From NCBI GenBank assembly GCA_003427395.1, contig BFEA01000020.1:5044759-5108758 (forward strand): DNA of 64,000 bases, given 5' to 3'. Shown in pieces: positions 13,305 through 26,020 of this stretch; within the stretch, counting starts at the first letter, position 1, and each line of letters begins with the position of its first letter. A program made the position numbers and the translations under genes. The DNA is from Chara braunii (taxonomy: Eukaryota; Plantae; Charophyceae). Below the pieces are notes generated by a model. The model was given only the letters and a program-made list of their open reading frames with translations. It searched no databases and was not told where the DNA came from.

Positions 13305-13322
13305 TGGCGCCGTTGCCGGGGA
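13305..13322 (+). promoter_or_regulatory. Primer binding site complementary to tRNA-Asp 3' end
   Basis: TGGCGCCGTTGCCGGGGA just after the LTR end. This is the PBS known from Athila-type plant Gypsy elements. Confidence 0.9.
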
Positions 13323-13454
13323 GGGGATTGCACCCCCAAGGCCTCGGCCTTCCCCAATCAACGGGGGTGCGCAGGCTAAATTAATTAGCTTTAAATAAGT
13401 TGATTAGTTGATTTGTTTTTATTTTTCTTTAATTTAATAATTCATTTTTTTTTT

Positions 13455-13810
13455 CGATATCTCCCGATCCGCACGCTTTCGCGCAAGCCGCACTGGGAGC
13501 AAAGCTCGCCCTCTCGTCGAGGCGAACGTTTTGAGATGTTTTTTGAAAAATTCTAACGGCTAGAAAAAAAAGATATGGAATTTTTTATAATTTTCTAATT
13601 AAAAATTCTAAAAATCATGAGTGAAAATTTCTAATTCGTTTTTCCTCGATATCTCCTGATCCGCGCGCTTTCGTGCGAGGCGCACGTGGAGCAAAGTTCG
13701 TCCTCTCGTCGAGGCCAACGTTTTGAGACATTTTTTGAGAAATTCGAACGGCTAAAAAGCAAGATGTGGAATTTTTTGTATTTTCTGATTAAAAATTCCA
13801 AAAATTTCGA
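13455..13810 (+). repeat. ~190-bp tandem duplication in the leader of the nested element
   Basis: cgatatctcc(c/t)gatccgc...ctctcgtcgaggc...aacgttttgaga at ~13456 and ~13647. Confidence 0.8.
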
Positions 13811-14389
13811 TTTTCGTTTTATTGAAATGGCCGGGAAAATAAGCGAAATTTTGGTCCATGTATTTTTCCCGACATTTTGAGACCCAAGTCGGGGAAAACG
13901 GACTTCGTTTGGATAAACGGCGAGCCCCAACAGATAGAAAAGGTGGAAGAAAATCAACAGGAAATTGAATTTCTTTGTAATTTTGTTTAAATTAAAAAAA
14001 AAAAGGAATTTAAAAATGTAATCCGATAAGTTTTTCTTCTAAACGTAGTGAAAGCTAACAAGAATTTTCTCGCGTCAAGCGGGACTTTGCGGTGTGCGTG
14101 CGGTTGCACGCAACACCCAAAACCCTAATGGGGGAAACCCTAATTAGGGTAAAGTCCTAACCCCAATTTTGAGAGAAGCGGATAAATAGAGGGAAGCCAT
14201 AGCTTCTAGCTTCCGCATTTGTTGCGGATTATTTTTTGTTAGATATATCCCCAAAAATTGTGAAAAATAATTCGGGAAATTTAACTCCATTAAATGATTA
14301 AATATTAAATTAAAATAATAGAAATCAATAAAAATTCAAGTAACAAGGGTTTCGACTTTGTTTATTTTTCTCTTTAATTAATCAAGGGA

Positions 14390-14802
14390 TAATCTCCCGA
14401 ACCCCAACCCAACGGGGGGAGGGAAATTGCTGCCAAAATTCTTGTGAATTATTTTAATTTGAATTTTTCTAATTAAAATTAGTAAAATTTAAGATAAATA
14501 TCTAAAATTGAGTAGGATCGTTGGTTCGACCTATTATTTACTTTTGTTTATCCGAGGGACTTTTTTTCCTGAACCCCATCCCATCGGGGGGGGAGGGAAA
14601 CTGCTGCCGAAAAGTTTTCGAAATTTCTCTTTAAATTTAAATTTTCACCAATTAATTAACAAAAATATTTAAAAATCAAGTAAAAATCAAATTTCTCCCT
14701 TTTATTTGTACCTTTCGTTATGCCTCCTCCGACAGAGCTGTTTGAGGGCTTCGCCTGAACCCCATCCCAACGGGGGGAGGCGAAGTGCTGTCGAAATTTT
14801 GA
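14390..14802 (+). repeat. Three spaced copies of a GC-rich hairpin motif in an AT-rich leader
   Basis: gaaccccaWcccaWcgggggg(a)gg...tgctgYcRaaa at ~14399, 14571 and 14757. Confidence 0.75.
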
Positions 14803-15544
14803 TAAATTCCCAAAAATTCATTCCTACCTCTAAAAATCTTCAAACTCGGCGGGCTTATATATGTATTGATCCTTAATATATATAAACTAAGAAAGAAATT
14901 TTATCCTAACTAAATACATTTTTTTTAATTTATAATTGAAAAATACAAAAGAATTCCCTAGAAGAAGAAGGGAAAGAGACGTTGTGGTAACCCGGGTTCA
15001 CGTGAACCTACTGGCTTGTTCCCGAAGGCCTGAGGCAAGTGACGAGAATTTTCAGTTATTAAAGCTATTTTTTTAATAATTATTTGACATATATTCGGAT
15101 TAAATCAAAAGCAAAGGGTAGAAGGAAGCACGTGCGTACCTCGCGACTCGCTAGGGTTTTCATTACATCCCCCTATGCGCTGAGCGCGAGGTAATCCCTT
15201 CTGTACTTCTCTCTACCAATGTCTCTTGAGGTTCTCTTACATCCCTATTTCTGACTATTCTTAGTCTTCCTTTTCTCATACGACAGTTTGCTGTTAGAGG
15301 TGTTCCCCCATCCCGCCCGCCNTTCTCACTAAGCTTTTTGCATACTGCAGGGTGCCGCTGATTAGGGTTGCGGCCCTCCCGCCCACTTCTTCTCTTGGGC
15401 TCTGCTAACCAGGGTTTGTGGCACCCCTGGGCAACTCAAAATTGGGTCGGGCTGTTGTCTGTAAGCTCTAATTTCAAGCCATCCTAACGCACCAACCGAA
15501 GAAGTTCCTAGCGTAGTTGTTAGGACATAAGGGACTGTTCACAA

Positions 15545-15742
15545 ATAGGTACGGGCTGCCGGATAAGACAATAGGTCCGGGTTGCCGGATCAAACATTAG
15601 GTCCGAGCTTCCATCCCTGACATTGGGTCCGGGCTGCCAGTTCTAACATTAGGTCGGGGCTGTCGGTTCTGACATCATGTCCGGGCTGCGAGTTCTGTCA
15701 CAGGTCCGGGCTGCTCCAACAGTCATAGGTCCGGGCTGTAAC
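15545..15742 (+). repeat. ~26-bp degenerate tandem repeat (aggtccgggctg core, ~8 copies) just upstream of gag
   Basis: Core visible at ~15547, 15573, 15599, 15626, 15651, 15678, 15703 and 15727. Confidence 0.8.
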
Positions 15743-15780
15743 GCCTGGCGTAAGTGCCCGACTACAACTTCTGGTAGCCT

Positions 15781-17838
15781 ATGGAACCAGACACGATGGG
15801 GCCACAACCGACCACGGGCGAAGCAGGAGAGGAGTACAGGACATTGCCCGACCGAGCACTGAGGGATCTGAAGGAACGAATTAGGCAGGGAGCACCGCTG
15901 AGATGGGCTGACCAAACCAATGACGGAGAGCCCGACGTAATGGGCGAACCGGTCGTGACTGAGCCGCAGGAGGCATTGAAGACAGGAACCTCGAGCGGTC
16001 GACGAGAAGCGACAAGACGACGCTCCCCCGAGTATGAGCGGAGGGAAACCATGGCGGATAGGCACAGGGACGATTGGAGAGAGAGTTCGAGGGATTCCTA
16101 TTGGAGGGACAGAGATAGCGACAGATCGCCGCCCAGGCGAGTCTTCGACCCCCAGACAGGGGAGTCGCATCCGCTCCCTTACGAGAGCAAGGATCGCTAT
16201 ATTAGTACGGACAAGGCCTCTGAGCCTCCTGCCTTCAGGAGCTATGGTATCACAGAATATCTGGAGAAGTGAGAGCTTCATGCTAGCCGGAGTCAGTGGT
16301 CGGAGAAAGAGATTATAGAGAACTTCCTATTTAATGTGGATCCAAGTCTCGGCAAGGAAGTTAAGGAAGCCCGACCGAAGGATGGGAAATGGACTACGTA
16401 TAAGAAGAACCTCATTGAGCTTTACCAATTAGAGGATAACAAGTACTCCATCAAGGACCTCGAGATTATGACTCAAGATGAAGACGAGAGTGTACAGGCT
16501 TTCGGTAAGCGCTTCCAAAAGATATCTGGTGTGTTGATGGAGAAGGGCAAGCTGTCGGAGGTTGAGCGGTGCACCATTTTCATTGGTCGCCTGCCCATAG
16601 GTAAGCAGAAAGCGATACTTAGAGATTTGTCGAATGACAAATTAGATTTCCCCGAAGTCCTTAAACTGGCAATGAAAGCAGGAGCAGACGACTATAGAGA
16701 CTTGGTGTGGAGAGGGATGAGAAGACAAGACTCCTCTCTCTATCGGGAATATGACACTGATAGGTGTCCGGACTTTAAGGATTACCCTTGGTCAGACAGA
16801 GGAGACGTGAAAGCCGTGACGAAAGAGGTAAGAGAGATGAGGGAAATGATGAAGCGCCTAGCGAGATAGGTCACAGATATAGCAACAAAGGCGGAAGCGA
16901 CAACTTGCCAGGACAAACCAGGGTCTCCCTATTCACATCGCTGGAATCGGGGTGAACCTGGAGAGTGACGAGCAAACATCACAGACGATTCGGACCTGAG
17001 AGAGATGATCAAGGCGCTAACTCGATAAATCGTCTGGATAGAGGCGAAGATTGAGACTGATGGGTATCAGGCGAGGAACGGTTCGTCGAACTTGTTGAGG
17101 TGCGATCGAGTTAGGACTGGTTCAGCGTACTCGCTGAGGTGGGATAATCGGGGGCCAGGATCATGGAGACCCCTAGAGGATAGAAATCCTCAAACACTAA
17201 CCGATTATCGATCGAGGGAGCAGAGGTATCATACACGTTGTGACGACTCCCCTAAGTATCAGGACGAGGATCGAGATGGACGGACTGCCTATCATCGGGA
17301 CTAGACGAGAGACAGGGAAAACGGGTATCGACGACACGGTCGGGTGGAAACATACCCTCACAACCCGATATACGACCCAAGTCGCGAAGATCTCCGGGAT
17401 GCAGAGGAGTATCCTAAGGATGAAGATAGATATTACCATGCGATGGCGAGAGACCGACGCTACAATTCCCGCGAGCGGCACGAGAGGAGAGATGATCGAG
17501 ACCATCGGGATGATGCCAGCGGCCAACAAGAGTCTAAACCGCGTCCTCAGGACGCACAGGTACCAGGCGGACACGAAGGATACAGACATGTAGAGGCTCA
17601 ACCTACTTCTCCTAGTAACACATTTGTCTATTGCTATTCAGATAACCATATCGAGAGAGATTGCCCCGATCTTCAGAAGGCAATAGACTATGGCGTAGTA
17701 GGACTCGAGGACCGACAGTACGTCAAGAGAACCGACAATCTGAGGGATGCATCCGCATATCCTTCAAAGGAAGAGGACTTGGAAGTTAGACGAACGTCGT
17801 TGGACAAGGACAAGGTAAAGGCGACGGTAAAGAGTTAG
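15781..17838 (+). pseudogene. gag: gag of nested element (stops and frameshifts)
   Basis: PPAFRSYGITEYLEK; retrotransposon-gag-like QDEDESVQAFGKRF...FIGRLP; degenerate Zn knuckle FVYCYSDNHIERDC near 17622-17665. Confidence 0.75.
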
Positions 17839-20431
17839 AGCGTCAGGTTTTTCTTACCGTCAGGAAGCAAGACGCATATAGTGCCAATCCGCGTCATCTC
17901 TACCAAATCATCGTGGGCTCTTTCCTCAAAAGAGAGGGTTGACCCAGTGGATCGAGAGGAAGAGAAAGAAGAATGCAGAGTGCGATCACCACGAAAACGA
18001 GGCCCTGAGCGAGTTACTGATACAACAACGTCTTTAAGGCCAACACTTAATCAACGTATACGATGCTCCGTACGGGAACCGTCCAAGCGATACGGAACGG
18101 GCCCCTATATATCGCCGGTATCACAAGCGTGCCCGTCACAAACACGATTCTTATCGGACCCGAACGAGGTAAACCGGTAACATGGATCGACGAGATCTTT
18201 GTTGTTTCTGACCCGTTAGCAGACAAGCCTTTTAGCAACGTCATACCGGTCGCACATCGGTCACGGTTTCGGGTAGTAAAGCGGACTGCACCGCGCTCGT
18301 TTTCTTTGATGCTTGAGAGAACGTGCCTCAAGACATATTTAACATTCCTGGGAGTGGTTTCATGGGGACTCATAAAAACAATGGGGTGGTTCTTCACAGA
18401 GCAAAGGGTGACGCTGGGGATGGTCGAATGATTGCAGTGCGGAGAAGGGAAGCACCCATCGAGACACGGGCATGCTCTTTGGACGGATAGGTCGAGGCTT
18501 GACGGGGGCGTCGAGAAGAGGTCCGGGCTAGATGTCGGGCGGCCAAATCCAGTCGGCCATCCGAAATAAAAGGAATTGGGCCCTCAAACGAACGCCCAAT
18601 TAAAATTTTACTGATACTCTTGTTTGACCTGACCGAAAAAATTAGGGGTACCTAGAGCACCCCTAATGTTTTAGGTGCCGACCGTTGAGAGTAACCCTCA
18701 AAATTGACAAGAGGGACTACCGCTTCTACCGCGCTGACGCCCACCTCCTTTTCGCCCGCTCCGAGGTTATTTCCGAAATGGCTAGCCGCGGGACGGTAAT
18801 ATGAGAGTAAGCCTTGGCACGACTCTTCTACATCAGCCTATCGACGGGGAGATGGAGCCTTGAATTTTGTTAATTCTGATGACAGAATTAAAATTAAGAA
18901 GAAATAATTAAAAATAATAAGAGAAGGAAAAACAAAGGAATTTTCGCTATTTAATTGAATTCCCTCGGAATTCATTTTTGATAAAGATACGTTTATTTTT
19001 ATTATTTTCGATAATAGAATTAAAAAAAAAAAACAAATTAAAAATGATAAAAGAAAAGAAAACCAACGATTATTTAATATTTGATAAAATTTTATTTGAA
19101 TCATTCGCGATCGGATTTATCCCGGTATTATTTACTTACCTTAATTCTGGCAATTCTTACAGTTTTTCGATTATTGCGGACCCTTGCGAGATTTACCTGA
19201 TCTATCTGAATCCTACCCTTATTGCCACCTATGTGTTATGAGTGAGTGCGGGATGGATGCTCGGCGCGGTATTACTGCTGGTGCTATTTTGGTTGTGCCG
19301 CTTGACTTTATCACTTCGGTATGGACACTGGATCGACTCCGACATGGCACTTTGGTTCGGGGCAGGTTTGGTGGTACTCGCGTGGCATATTTGGCACCAT
19401 TCTCTGATCACGACGACACGATTGGGCTACGACATGTGTTACACGGTTCTGTTACATTTGGTATGGTTCATTCACGGCACGGTATGATGTTACGCTGATT
19501 CGAGACGGGGTCAGCACGTGCGCGGTGACAATTTGGCATTCGTGTGGTACGGTACAATGACACGTCTACAGTACGGTTGGTATGCTGCGCTGATCTGGTA
19601 CGGCTCACGGGACACTGGTTTGGCTCATCCGCGGTATTGGTACAACATGGTGTCCTCTGATCTGGTTATGCTGGTACGTTGCAGAGGACGCAGTCCTTGT
19701 TTATCAGCGATTCTTAGATTGGTGTGGAGCATGGAATTGGTATTGTATGGTACCACCGCGTGGTACCCGACAATGGACTGGGACAGGCTGCGACTGTTGA
19801 AAATAATAACTTCGGGGCTTTGACATATTCTGGTCCAGATACGGTGGACCTACAAGTTCGGACTGCACTTGGCTTGGTCCCGCGCGCTGGTGTTATTTGG
19901 GGAGGCCAACACCCAAGGTATTATTCAAGAGCTACTCTACTGTGGGCAGTACTTATTTCACCCCCGCGGGTCCTGGATCGGGCCTGCTGGTTTAAACCTC
20001 GGACCAGTCAAGGAAACCGCGGGTCTGCTTGGCAAGTTTGAAGGTCTGGTACCTTCAGTGCCAGTTTTCAGCTGTGCGCAAGGCTGGTGTCGCGACCCGA
20101 AACCAATATAGGAAGAGTGGCAGAAGGACACAGGGACATTCGGCAGTTGGGGACCAGGGAGAACGGGGCGCACAAGGGCGGGCGACCAGCGTGCACGTAG
20201 CCCGCTGGTGCTGCCATGGCTGTGACAGCCATGGGTGTGCACCCATGAAGGAGAGTCCAGAAAGGGAGATTCGGAGACTGAGGGACCGGAGGGAACGCAG
20301 AGGGAACGCAGTGTTTGGACCGCGACCACGGGAGACCGCAGCGGGACGGATTGTACCCGTTTGCATGAGCAGGCGGGTTCCAGCCATGGCGAACAGGGCT
20401 GGTACAGCAAAGAGACCAAGACGGAGTGCAT

Positions 20432-20790
20432 GTGCTGATGAGGATGGTGATCCCGCTGAAGGGAGAAACCGTTGGGCTACACTGCTGATGAGAACAGTGA
20501 TCCCGCTGAGGGGAGAAACCGCTGGGCTACACTGCTGATGAGAACAGTGATCCCGCTGAAGGGAGAAACTGCCGGATTACGTTGCTGATGTGAATAGTGA
20601 TCCCGCTGATGGAACGAACGGCCGGGTTATGCAGCTGATATGAATAGCGATACCACTGATGGGAGGAACAACCGGATTACACTGTTGATGTGAACAGCTG
20701 GTCCGCTGAGGAAACGAACAGCCACATTTCACTGTTGATGGGATCTGCCATCCGTTGATGGAGGAGCTAGTCGTATCCTGTTGTTGATCA
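20432..20790 (+). repeat. 51-bp tandem repeat (~7 decaying copies), each a hairpin
   Basis: ctgctgatgagaacagtgatcccgctgaagggagaaaccgctgggctaca; pairings cagtg/cgctg and tccc/ggga. Confidence 0.85.
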
Positions 20791-21109
20791 AATCTGCACC
20801 TAGTTGAATCTACTCATGCTTCTCAGTGGAGACCGGAAGTTCGATTGGGATTGCTTCAGCTATTCCGCGATGACCCAGAGACAAATTACGAAAATGCCCC
20901 TGGCTTCCAGAATAGCACGACGCTGCACCGCTCCCTGACTGGAAAGGACAAGTACAGATTAGTCACCTTTCATTTTTATCTTTATTTTGTTTTCTCCCTT
21001 CCTCTTCTTTCTTTTCCCCGCTTTTCTTTGAAATGCTTCAAGGCCGCTTGCCTGTTTGACCAACCGGGGATGCCCTACCAGTAATCAACAAGACACTGTA
21101 GGTATGTGG

Positions 21110-21528
21110 ACTGAGTGAGAGAGAGAGAGCAGACTGCATGAGTGAGAGAGAGAAGAGAGAGAGAGAAAGAGAGAGAGAGAGAAGGAGAGAACAGCAGAAA
21201 GCGCAGACTATTGAGGTTGTGATCAGCAGAGAGAGAGAGAGGGGGAATGACAGCACAGCAGAGGGAGAGAGAGAGGGGGACTGACAACACAACAGAGAGA
21301 GTGAGAGGGAGACTGCACAGTGAGAGGGAGTGAGAGAGAGACTGCGCAGAGTATGTGAGAGAGGGAGAGGGAGACAGTGAGAGAGAAAGTGTGACAGAGT
21401 GTGTGAGAGAGGGAGGTGTGACAGTGAGAGAGTGTATGAGAGAGGGAGAGTGTGACAGTGAGAGACAAAGTGTGACAGAGAGTGTGAGAGAGGGACTGCA
21501 CAGTGAGTGCAGTGAGAGAGAGACTGCG

Positions 21529-21602
<74 letters not shown>

Positions 21603-21757
21603 NNNNNNNNNNNNNNNNNNNNNNNNNNNNNNNNNNNNNNNNNNNNNNNNNNNNNNNNNNNNNNNNNNNNNNNNNNNNNNNNNNNNNNNNNNNNNNNNNN
21701 NNNNNNNNNNNNNNNNNNNNNNNNNNNNNNNNNNNNNNNNNNNNNNNNNNNNNNNNN

Positions 21758-21790
<33 letters not shown>
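21110..21790. repeat. Compound (GA)n/(GT)n microsatellite with N gap
   Basis: Direct inspection; N run 21603-21757. Confidence 0.95.
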
Positions 21791-22502
21791 CTGCAGAGTA
21801 AGAAGTCTGGTCACCACAATTGACCTATCTAAAAACTATTTGTTGTAAGTTATCAGAAAACGAGTAGAGTTTCGGTTGAAACTCAAGATGATGTATAACA
21901 AATGCTCGTGACTTGTAGCGTGAGCTTCCAAATGAAGATCGGGTTTCGCGCAGGTAAGGGGGGCTTGAAAACAAAGGTATTGACCGTTGGGATTTCCATT
22001 CTGGGAATGCCGCGACATCATAGCGCTCAATCCCACATGTGCCACTTTGATAAAAAAGGGGGTCTTCTCCATTTCGAGTGAGGTTGAACGGTTGGATGGG
22101 GAGACTGGGAACATGTGGATTGAACGAGAACCCGAGGGTAGTATCTGGGAGAGAAGAGAAGGCGTGAAGGTGACTATTGCAGTGGGCTCTCCCTGGAATT
22201 CCTGGAACAGAGCCCGTGAGTTGACACACTGTTTACACTTGATTGGTGTGTTTGAAACTGAATCTGCAGTTTGCAGCTTACTCTTGATTGGTTCGCTTGG
22301 AACCAAGCCAGCGGACTGGCTCGCTAATTACTCTCCCTGAAATTGTTTATTTATTTGTTTGTTTATTTATTTATTTATCTCAAGGATCACACTTTTATCA
22401 TATGATTTCGAAGTAGGTCTCGTTACTCAGCTTCCAGAGCGGCGAGAGAGACGGCGCAGGTAAGTGAGGGTGAAAAGAGAGTAAATGATAGTGCAGATCA
22501 CT

Positions 22503-22745
22503 TCAGGCAGCAGCCTCTCATTGGCGGGTCAGGCAGCAGCCGCTCATTGGGGGGTCAGGCAGCAGCCTCTCATTCGCAGATCAGGTAGCGGCCTTTGATT
22601 GGGAGATCAGGTAGCATCTACTCATTGGCTAATCAAATAGCAGTCACTCATTGGCTGGTCCTGCACTCTCTTCCCATTGGCCGATCAGGCAATGGCCACT
22701 TATTGGTTGATCAGGGACTCTCTACTAATTGGGAGATCATTCGCA
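22503..22745 (+). repeat. ~24-bp degenerate tandem repeat (tcaggcagcagcctctcattggcggg)
   Basis: Three clear copies at 22503-22580 followed by decayed copies. Confidence 0.75.
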
Positions 22746-22888
22746 TAGTGCATTCGCAGCAGGCATTTCAAACCCCCCCACTCCCCTGCTGGTCGCTGAG
22801 GACCTCGGAAGCAGGCGCAACGAGTGACAGGCGCTGTTGCCCTTGGCTTCAGCGAGCGGCAGGCGACCCCTCCTCGGGTTTCCTCACA

Positions 22889-25789
22889 CCGTGCCGCATG
22901 AGCCGTGAAATTTGTGGGGTGCACAATATCCTAATCCGGCTGATGAGGAAAAGGTAGTCAACTACCTAGATGGGAAGATCCGCACGCATGTATCAGACTA
23001 CTCGAGCGGGCCGTATACATCCCCCTGGTTTTGCTTTATTAAGCCAAATGGGACGTTGAGGTGGGTACAGGACTTGCAGCGCCTAAATGTTGTGACTGTT
23101 AGAGAAGCAGGTGGTTTCTCTAACGCAGATGCGCTTTCAGAGGCATGCGCAGGGAGGGTCATTGATGATTTGGCCGTGCAAGGGTCGAAGAAGAAGGATG
23201 ACCGGGAGGTCATGCTGGGAATTAGACAGTTTGTCTGGGATCATGTGCAAGACTTATGTCAAATCCTGGACTTGTTAAAGGAGCATAACCTCACCGCGAG
23301 TGGGCCAAAATCCAAGCATTGCATGAGTGGTGCCACTATCTTAGGATTTGTGTGCGACGAGAGGGGTCGTCGGCCAGATACTAAGAAGACGAACAAGATT
23401 CTCGAATGACCAACCCCGTTCGAGACGATTACAGAAGTGAGAAGCTTCCTCGGCACATGCGGGTTTTGGAGAATATTTATTAAGGGGTTTGCGGCGAAGA
23501 CAGAGCACCTGCGAAAGCTTGTGCGTCAAGGCCAAGATTGGGAGTGGGGAGAAACGCAGGAGGTGGTGGTAAGGGACCTGAAGAAGGAGTTTGAGGAAGG
23601 AGGACTGGTACTGGGGGTACTAGACCATGCTGTTGTAATGACCATGCCCTTTTATCGTAGAAACGGACGCAAGACCGACTGCCTTAGGAGGGGTTTTGAT
23701 TCAGAAGGACCTCAATGAAGAGGAGCGACCGCTAAGATTCGAGAGTCGAACGCTTAACACCGTTGAACGAAACTACTCACAATTCAAGCGCGAGACCTTA
23801 ACAGTCCTCCACTTCCTGAGGATCTTCAGAAACTACCTCTTCGGCAGCAGGTTTGTATTAAAGGTGGATCCAACTGCTCTAGCAGGTTCTATGAAGAACT
23901 ATGCTCCCTCAGATCCAACCATTGCCCGATGGCTGACGTATATCTGGATGTTCGACTTCGAGTTGGAGCGAATTCCAGGGAACAAGAATAGGGCGGATGG
24001 GCTGAGTCGAGTCGACTGGGACAAGAACAATCAAGGAGTGATCGAGGATGCTCCGCCAGTCGACGGGTTCCTGGACAGCGAGGAGGATGTAAGACTTCAC
24101 ATCAACTCCTGGGCGTTGGCCGTGGGTAACTATGTTACTCCTGGGCAACCTGTGTGGCTTGCGCCTCCAGGACATCCACGACGGCCAGACTTAGTCCTCA
24201 AGCCCTATATTGAAGAAGATTCTTGGGGAAGGCCGGGCGTAGAATGGATGATGGAGCTGGCATTAGCAGGCAAGTACGAGCTACAGGAGGACCTGCTCAC
24301 GATTGAGAGTGGGGCACTACAAGTGGGCAAGCAAGAGAAGGTGATAGATAGGATGTACCTATTGGCTAACGCGCTGCTTTAGGAAGAGGCGGTTAGGAAT
24401 ACGGTGCTAGATCAGGAAGAGGTGGTAGAGCCGGAAGAAGGTGACAATGTGATTCATGAAAGAGAGGATGATGACTTTGAGGAAGGTGAGATTAAAGAAG
24501 CATTTCGAGCAGAGGAATATGAGGGAGTATACCTTGAACTCGGAATGCTTCTGTCATGTGAAATGAGGGAGAGGGACGCCTGTGCGAGAGTTCTGAAAAT
24601 GAGGCCAAGCTTCCTAGTAAGGGACGACCATCTGTTCATGAGGAGCAAAGGAAGGGATCCCAGGAGAGTAGTCTGCGGCGTCGCTCGCCAGATTGACATT
24701 ATGGCGACACTGCACGACGGTACGGCAGGTGGCCACAGAGGTGCAGATACGACATACCTGAAGATCCACGAGTTGTACTATTGGGATGGCATGGGGCAGA
24801 TGATTGATGACTATTGTAAGTCTTGCGTGCCATGCCAGGAATGATCTGCTCTCAGACCCAGGGAGCCGCTGCACCCAAGGTACGTTCGTGAGGTTGGAGC
24901 AGTCGTGCACTTGGATCTATTGGCAATGCCGTTGGGGATAGGGAGCTACAATTTCATCTTTGATGCACGGGACAACCTCTCGGGGTTTGTGGATGGCAGG
25001 GCCATTCGCACGAAGACTGGAGAGACATTGGCCCGATGCATCGAAGAGTACTATCTTCGCTACCCCTTTGTGTCTAGATTCGTGATGGATAGAGGGTCCG
25101 AGTTCACATGTGCAGAAGTGAAGGCTCTTTTGAAGAAGTAAGGGGTAATCGCTGAGTACACAACTACAGCGCACCCTCAAGCCAACTCACCTGTGGAAAG
25201 GGGACATAGCACCATCACAAATCTTCTTGCCAAGTGGACCGATGGCAGACCCAACCAATGGCCAAACTTTCTAAGGGTCGCGTTTTTCGTGGATAACATC
25301 ACTATCAGGAGGAGCACTGGCTATGCACCGGCTACGCTATGGTACGGCAGGCATGCGACATTTCCCATTGAAAGCTTCCTGCAAACTTGGAGGCGACAGG
25401 ACCTCGAGACTGATCTGACCTTTGAGGAACTGCTGGATTTGAGGGCACGACAGATCGGCGCTATTGAGGACAGGATTGAGGAGGCAGCAAGTAGAACCGC
25501 GGACAGCCGTACCAAGGACAAGCTCCGGTGGGACAAAATGGCGAGGGTAAGAAAGGAGCCTTTCAAGGTGGGAGACGTTGTGCTGTTGTACGACTCGTCC
25601 CTGGAAAAGCAGTGGTCGCGGAAGTTGGATAAGAGGTGGTTGGGGCCTTACAGGGTCACCAGATGTGGTGAACATGGTGCCTACCAAATCGAAAAGCTGA
25701 ATGGGACGGCATGGAAGGACTGGGTGTCAAGCTCGAGGCTAAAGAAGTTCGTGGCTCGAGACGAGGTGAGCAGGAATCCCACCACTTAA
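22889..25789 (+). pseudogene. pol: pol remainder: RT (with internal deletion), RNase H, integrase
   Basis: RT: PWFCFIKPNGTLRWVQDLQRLN, IDD, RSFLGTCGFWRIFI. RNase H: FIVETDA...ERNYSQFKRE...NRADGLSR. INT: HDGTAGGH...CKSCVPCQ, VHLDL, MDRGSEF, VERGH, and the GPY/F motif WLGPYRV. Stops and frameshifts present. Confidence 0.95.
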
Positions 25790-26020
25790 AGTCATCTAGT
25801 GGCTACTTCGGGTGCTGCCCTCAGTAGAATAACGTGTTGTGGTTAGACTTGCATGTGTGTATGACTATGTATGCGTATGTGTGTGTAGGTAGGTAGTTGA
25901 GATAGGTGTGGGGAGGGTTATGTCTGTCTCCTGTTGTGTTTTGTCTGACATCGCTTACCCTCTGTGTGCTTCTGTTCGCCTCTTCCCTGTTGTGCAGGCT
26001 TGATACCGCTTGGGGCAGCC

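Larger units (their letters stand above)
8943..22888 (+). mobile_element. Nested non-autonomous (gag-only) LTR retrotransposon, Gypsy-type with tRNA-Asp PBS
   Basis: Starts TGTCAGG and ends CCTCACA. 4-bp TSD CCGT at 8939-8942 and 22889-22892. The host RT frame resumes exactly. PBS follows the first LTR. No pol motifs inside. Confidence 0.88.
18533..22888 (+). repeat. 3' LTR of nested element (~4356 bp including an N gap)
   Basis: Starts TGTCGGGCGGCCA (cf. TGTCAGGCGGCCA) and ends CGGGTTTCCTCACA plus TSD. Same layout as the 5' LTR (AT-rich block, tggtacgg-rich block, GA tract) but diverged. Confidence 0.75.

Noticed and set aside
20432-20600. Hammerhead ribozyme (CTGATGA ... GAAAC)
   Set aside because: No G-C closing pair for stem II before GAAA and no matching GUH/stem III.
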